Positions 58,406-64,000 of a stretch of 64,000 nt of DNA are shown one piece after another. Every line of letters begins with the position of its first letter. Position 1 is the first letter of the stretch. A model generated the notes under the pieces. It searched no databases. It saw only the letters and a list, made by a program, of their open reading frames with translations, and was not told the origin of the DNA. The translations under genes were made by a program, and so were the position numbers. The DNA is from Candidatus Spiroplasma holothuricola (GTDB taxonomy: Bacteria > Bacillota_I > Bacilli_A > Mycoplasmatales > MT37): contig CP022928.1 of assembly GCA_002135175.2 (NCBI GenBank), forward strand, positions 179,805 through 243,804. Direction: 5' to 3'.

Positions 58406-59702
58406 TTTTTAAAAAATCAATTAATTTATCTAATTGAATTTTTACTTGTTTTGTTGTGTCGCGATTTCGTACTGTAATTGTATTGGTTTTTTTCACATCA
58501 AAATCATAAGTAATTGAAAATTTTGTCCCAACGGCATCATGATAAAGATAACGAAAACCAATTGAACGCCGATCATCAAAAGCAATATTTCCGATTTTTG
58601 ATAGAACCAGTTTTTTATATAAACTTTTGGCATCATTTGTCAACTTGTTGGTCAAGGGCAAAACTGCTATTTGGTAGTAACAAAATTGAGGTTTGAGTTT
58701 TAAAACTAGTCTTTTTTTTTGATCGACAACTTCTCAAAATAAATGTTGATGAATCATGGCCATCATAATTCTTTCGACTCCAAAGGAAGGTTCAATCACA
58801 TCAGGATGAAAAGATTTTGTATCAGAACCCTTAACGACTAAATTGCTTCCACTTTTTTGACTGTGGTTTAATAAATCAAAATTTCCTCGAGCCGACAAAC
58901 CAACTATTTCTCTTCATTCGTTAGGAAATTTATATTCTCAATCAATGGTTTTTTTTGAATAATGGGGTAAATCTTGTGTAACATTAGTTGCTCTAATATT
59001 TGATGATTGTAAAAATAATTTTTCGGTTAAGAAGGTCCGAATTTGCTCATTTCAAAATTGAAATACTTTCTCCGTTTCTTTTGAGTTTCTTCCGTCAAAA
59101 AAATATTCAATTTCCATTTGTTCAAATTCTCAAGACCGCATAATGAAATTTTTTGAAACGAATTCTTTGCGAAAAGCTTTGCCAATTTGTGCCAAGCCGA
59201 AAGGTAATTTCAATTTCATTGCTCGAATTACGTTTTCAAAATTAATGAAAATGTTTTGAGCAGTCTCAGGACGTAAATAGACTTTTTGAATTTGAGAAGA
59301 CGTTTTGCTAAATAAAAATAGCTTAAACAAGGTTCCAAATGGAATTAGTAGATCTTCATTATAGATTTTGCCCGTTCGAACTATTTTCTCTGCGTTTATT
59401 TGATATTCTTCGAATTTATTAATCAAAATTCCTTTCATTTCTTGAAAATTACGATCATGCTCACTAGCAATCAGAATTTTTTCATGAGTGAGAATGCCTG
59501 AATCCATTTCATGAATATTAGCAATTTCTTTTACAAAAAATTGATATCACTCTTGTTTGATGGCTCTTTTTAAATGAGCACCTAAAGGTCCATAGTCATA
59601 TGTATTCATCAACCCCCCATAAATGGTACCATGTTGGAAAACAAAACCATACTTTTTTAAGTATTCAACGATTTCTTCAAAATTTAAATGATTAGTACTC
59701 AT
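58395..59702 (-). CDS. glyQS: glycyl-tRNA synthetase (homodimeric class II type)
   Basis: ORFs 58395-58661 and 59130-59507 share one frame. The N-terminus reads YGFVFQHGTIYGGL..YDYGPLG, then LAQIGKAFRKEF, with a C-terminal anticodon-binding domain. Start is ATG 59702. Confidence 0.88.
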
Positions 59703-59726
59703 CTTTAAAGAAATTTTATAACTTTT

Positions 59727-59746
59727 TTATCAATAATTATTGATAA
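59727..59746. promoter_or_regulatory. perfect 20-bp palindrome TTATCAATAATTATTGATAA upstream of glyQS-dnaG-rpoD
   Basis: I read it directly from the sequence. It lies between the BMP-protein stop (59799) and the glyQS ATG (59702), just upstream of a TATAAAAT -10-like element on the minus strand. Its role as an operator or hairpin is inferred. Confidence 0.35.
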
Positions 59747-59798
59747 TGAGTTTGCAATTCAATAAAAAAAATCTTATTTATTTGATTACTTTTTGGCA

Positions 59799-61331
59799 TT
59801 AAATTCATGAGTTGTTTTTCGATTTTGTATCAGAAATTAAATTACTTGTGTCTTTTTTCAATAAAGCAATAAATTGCTTTTTACGTTGTGTTACTATTTG
59901 GGCAGCGGCCGATCCTGGTGGTGCTCATTTACTTGCTTTGTCAACAATTTGATCAATGAAATTTTTGTTGGAATCCTTAGATTCCTTAACTCCAGCCTCT
60001 TTCACTTTGGCTTCACTATTTAATAATTTAATGAGTTTTTCTTTACTTGAACCTATCTTTGATTTAATTGTTGATCAAATATTATCATGATTACGAAATC
60101 GTTTCGGAATCGTTCCCAATTCTTCATTATTAGTATTTTCGTGACCATGGACAGAATATGTTCCGGCATTGTCTTTGTTTTCACTGATTTTTTCCATCAT
60201 GTATTTGATGGAAGAACGCAAACTGATTGTGGCAGAAGTGACAGTAATTGCCTTCTGTTTATCATCATCACGATATTTAACACTATCTTTTGATTCTCCA
60301 AAATATATTACCCCTTGATCAACATCAACCCCCACTACATAATGTTCAAATTTTGAATTTTTGTTAATGTCATAAGCAACAGTTCCAACATTTTTCGTGA
60401 GACTTCCAGCCACAACGAAAATAATGCTCACTTTTTTGTCATATAGTTTTTTGGCAATGAATTTCGTTTTATCACCGTTAGCAACAGGGTCGAAGCCACC
60501 AATTTCCTCATATTCATTGTGCACAAGTTCGATTGTTGTTTCAGTTTCCTTGTTATCTTTGAAATGATTTTTTAATTTAGCTGCTTGTTCGAGCCCGAGT
60601 TTGAATCCAAAAACATAATTTAAAATTGCTGCCACTGATTTACCAACAACCGAAGCAAAAAGAATTTGTTTGCCCTCTTTGTTTGGATCACCATCTTCGA
60701 ATTTTGAGGAATTTTTGAGGGCAAATGCACCCGTATAAAGCCCAGCATGATAACCAGCATAATAGTGGAGATAAGAAATTTGATAGAGATTTGTTGGTTT
60801 ACTTGTTCCGGTTGAATGTTGATAGTATGTATCAATAGAAATAATGTTGATTGACATTTTTTCTAATTCGCGAATGTATTTGTTTAAAAAATCTGTGAAA
60901 TTATATCCTGGTAAAATAAAATTCTTAATGCCCTGATTTTTATGAATATTAATAATATAATTGTAAATTTTTAATGGATTATCAGTAGTGCCGGCATATC
61001 CATAACTGGCATGTTCAGCAAATTCTGATCGAGTGTAATCACAATTTGTTTTGCCTTTATTCTCGATTGTTGCATATTTGAGACAAATACTTTCAACTGC
61101 TTGTTGATTGAATCCAGAATCTGCATATCCTTTTGAAGTGGTCAAAACAACGTGATAGTGCTGATTGGGATTAATTTGGTTGAAAGACAAAGTTGAACTC
61201 AATACTAAAACAAAAAAAGTTCCTAAAATAGTGATTAACAAAAGTAATGATCGTCCAAATTGTTTTCATGATTGATCACCACTTTTTTTAGAAGTTGTTG
61301 TTACTTTTTTAATTTGAGGATTTGTGTTCAT
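59799..61331 (-). CDS. BMP-family (PnrA/Med-like) ABC transporter substrate-binding protein
   Basis: ORF 60075-61241 extends both ways through TGA, and I checked the gaps. Motif: HVVLTTSKGYADSGFNQQA, typical of BMP/PnrA proteins. It has an N-terminal TM anchor and sits downstream of ATPase-permease-permease genes. Confidence 0.8.
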
Positions 61332-61344
61332 GATTGTTTTTGAT

Positions 61345-62313
61345 TTAATTTTTTTGATGATTTGGTCGCAATGGTGTTTTTGGTTTTTGCTTTTGAGCAC
61401 GAATAGAATTTAAACGATAACGTTTAATTGCTCCATAACCAATCATCACAAATAAAGGAATAATAAAATTAAAACTAAGCAACAATTCAGTGAAAGAATT
61501 TTTGTTATCATTTAATCATTCTCAATCGAAATTGGTGACAGCTAATTGGTTGGCAATTTGATAAAGAAACGCAAAAAAGCTGGAAAAAAATAGAATCAGC
61601 ATTAATCTTCGATTTGATAAAAGCAAAATTGCTAAACCTAAATATCCATAACCCCTCGCCGAACCATTAAATAAACTTTGATATTGAATAAAAAATATAG
61701 CAGCTAAGGTAACGAAAAAAGTAGCTAAAAATAAAGACAAATAACGATAATAATTTAAATTAATGCCAGTAATTTTGACGGCATTGGCATTTTTTCCAAT
61801 TGCCCGAATTCTAATTCCAGGTTTTGTTTTAAAAAAGAAATTATAAATTAATGGCAAAGAAACAAAAAGTAAAAAAATGGCAAATAAAACCAAAGGAAAA
61901 GATGAACGAAATTCAACGAATTCATTAGCGGGACCACCATTAAATGGGTCACCATTACCAAGTGTGTAAACACCAAATGTTGCCAGGGCAGTAAATATGA
62001 TGTTGAAAGCAATTCCAACCAAAATTTGATCCATTCGTAATTCAATGACAAAAAAACCAAACAAACTTGTTGCTAAAATCACACAAATTCAAGCACAAAT
62101 TACCGATAAAACAAATCTCAACACTTTAAGATAGTCATCGTTTCATCCCGCATCTTTGGTCAAAAATCCTAAAACCGTATAACCAAAAATTCCGGCAACT
62201 AATTGACCTTCAATGCCAATATTGATGATTCCTACATTTTCAGCAAAAAGAACAGCCAATGCCGTACTCATTAGGAGACCAATAATTAACAAAACTTCTG
62301 GATTATCAAACAT
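61345..62313 (-). CDS. ABC transporter permease (BMP-type sugar/nucleoside system, second permease)
   Basis: ORF 61522-62082 extends through TGA to ATG 62313 and TAA 61345-61347. It is multi-TM and sits within the operon. Confidence 0.75.
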
Positions 62314-62320
62314 AATTTTT

Positions 62321-63502
62321 TTACACCAAACGAGGGCTTATTTTGTGATTCATAATTTTTGGGGGTCCTTTAATCTTTGATTGAGGCTTGTTTTTCTTAA
62401 TTGATCGCAGTCAATCAGTTAATCGTTGTATTTTTTTTTGCAAAATAGGATCAACATAATATTGATTCACGAAAGAAATAAATAAAAGGGATAATCCAAC
62501 CAAAAGATTAACAATTTCGGCATCAACCGCACTCACCGGAATCACACTTTGTTGGGTTCGCAATCAAACAATAAACAATGTGGTAATTGGCAAAATAAAA
62601 ATCGAAGTTTGTGCTAATCAGACAATTGTCAATGTGTCAAAACCATTAGCTGGTAGTGATTCTTCTGCATATAAATTTGTGTTTTGAGGATCACGATAAT
62701 AGTAAAAAATACCAGCAATGCCTGCTAATAATCCGGCCATTGCAAAAGTACACAAAATTACTCTAACACTGTTAATTCCAGCATATTTTGTCGCTGCCCG
62801 AAATTCACCAATGACTTTTAATTTAAATCCAAATTGAGTTCGTCGTAACACAAAAGCAACAAAAAAAAAGATAGCAATGGCCACAAAAAAACTAATTGAT
62901 AAAACTTCTAAAAAAATGTAATTAAGACCAATGCTTTTTTCAAGTCCAAGATTTGTTGATAATGATGTGTCGTTTGTTCAATTTGAATATTTAACAACGG
63001 CTCGAAAAATATGGGAAACGATTGCATTCAAAAAAATGCCACTTAGGACTTCATTCACTCCATAATAAATACGAATGCAAGCAATAAATAAAGACATGGA
63101 AACCGAAATCGTTAAGCCGATAAAAACAATTAATGGTAGCCAATTGTAATTTTTAGTTTCTCCTTCTAAGCCATTTAAATTTCGACCAACAATATAAATA
63201 ACGAGCACAGTTGCCGCCATTTGGCCGGCAACATTTAAATTAATAAAACCAATTCGATAACAAATAAGAACGGCTAACGAACCAATCAAAAAAGCAGAAA
63301 AAGTAAGAACAATTTCTTGAATTCTTTGTGAATTTTTGAAAGGATTAACAAAAAAAGAGTTAAAAAGAGTGGCTGCGTCATAGTTCGGAACAATGGTCAA
63401 AATCAAAAAGACAACCAAAAAAGCAAGCGTTAAAGCAACAAAAGTAGCTGTAATTCGATTGAGTTTTTTGGAAGCAGCAACAAAATTCAACTTTTTTGAC
63501 AT
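62321..63502 (-). CDS. ABC transporter permease (BMP-type sugar/nucleoside system, first permease)
   Basis: ORFs 62618-62884 and 62978-63502 share one frame and extend to TAA 62321-62323. It is multi-TM. Its ATG shares an A with the ATPase stop (TAATG). Confidence 0.75.
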
Positions 63503-64000
63503 TATGTGTAAGATTTTGTAATCAAATTGAGAATCTCAGTCTTAGCATTTTTTGTATGGGGATTGACTTCTCCAACAATCTGTCCTGAACTCATTACCAA
63601 AACACGATCTGATAATGAAAGAACCTCATTCATATTAGAGCTGGCAAACAATAATGAACGACCAAGATTACGATGTTTCAAAAAGTTTTTGTAAACAAAA
63701 TTTTTTGAAAGAACATCAATCCCTCAAGTTGGTTGATCAACAAGGAGAAGTTCAATATTATTTTCTAATTCCCGGGCAATGATGAATTTTTGTTGATTGC
63801 CTCCTGATAAAAAACTTGCTTTTACAAGAGGTGATTTTGCTCCTTTGATTTGATATTTAGTAATTAAATTATTGGTTAAATCAATAACATTTTTGTTTTT
63901 AAAAATTCGCAAAAATCCCGAAGAAAAAAAGTCATCTTTTTCTAAATTGTTAAAAACGAGGTTGGTTGCAAGTGTCTCGGTTGGCAAAAGAGAGACATTA
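63502..64000 (-). CDS. ABC transporter ATP-binding protein (3' part; the gene continues beyond the window)
   Basis: ORF 63724-63987 extends through one TGA to TAA 63502-63504 and is open to the window edge. It has the signature LSGGNQQK and Walker B LLLVDQPTWGIDV. Confidence 0.85.

Overview
This is an AT-rich, very gene-dense chromosomal segment with a Mollicutes (Mycoplasma-type) signature. It only makes sense under translation table 4 (TGA = Trp): almost every housekeeping gene appears in the six-frame track as 2-5 same-frame pieces separated only by TGA. I merged those pieces after checking the frames and scanning the gaps for TAA/TAG. The content is nearly all core machinery. The plus strand carries hisS, aspS, a shortened alaS, ligA, gatCAB, a DHH phosphoesterase, the ribosomal-protein cluster rpsQ to rplQ (with secY, adk, map, infA, rpoA), ecfA1-ecfA2-ecfT, rplM-rpsI, a helicase, trmL and trpS. 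The minus strand carries ftsK, tsaD, prp, a NIF3 gene, trmK, holA, comEC, valS, rpmA-rplU, rpoD-dnaG-glyS and a BMP-type ABC transporter. There are 11 tRNA genes. I saw no rRNA, CRISPR array, IS element or prophage. The observations most worth follow-up are: (1) an AlaRS that stops after about 463 codons, lacking the editing and C-Ala domains; (2) a tRNA-Ile with a genomic TAT anticodon; (3) an RDD membrane module reading in frame, with no stop, into a UvrD/PcrA-type helicase; (4) a zinc-ribbon extension fused to TrmL; (5) a His-rich loop in EcfT; (6) a roughly 100-residue insertion in LigA; (7) an orphan two-gene cassette between two tRNA clusters. Limits: everything was done by eye. Coordinates of features that are not in the ORF track (tRNAs, small genes, alternative starts) may be off by 1-2 nt. 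Family calls rest on recognised motifs, not on searches.
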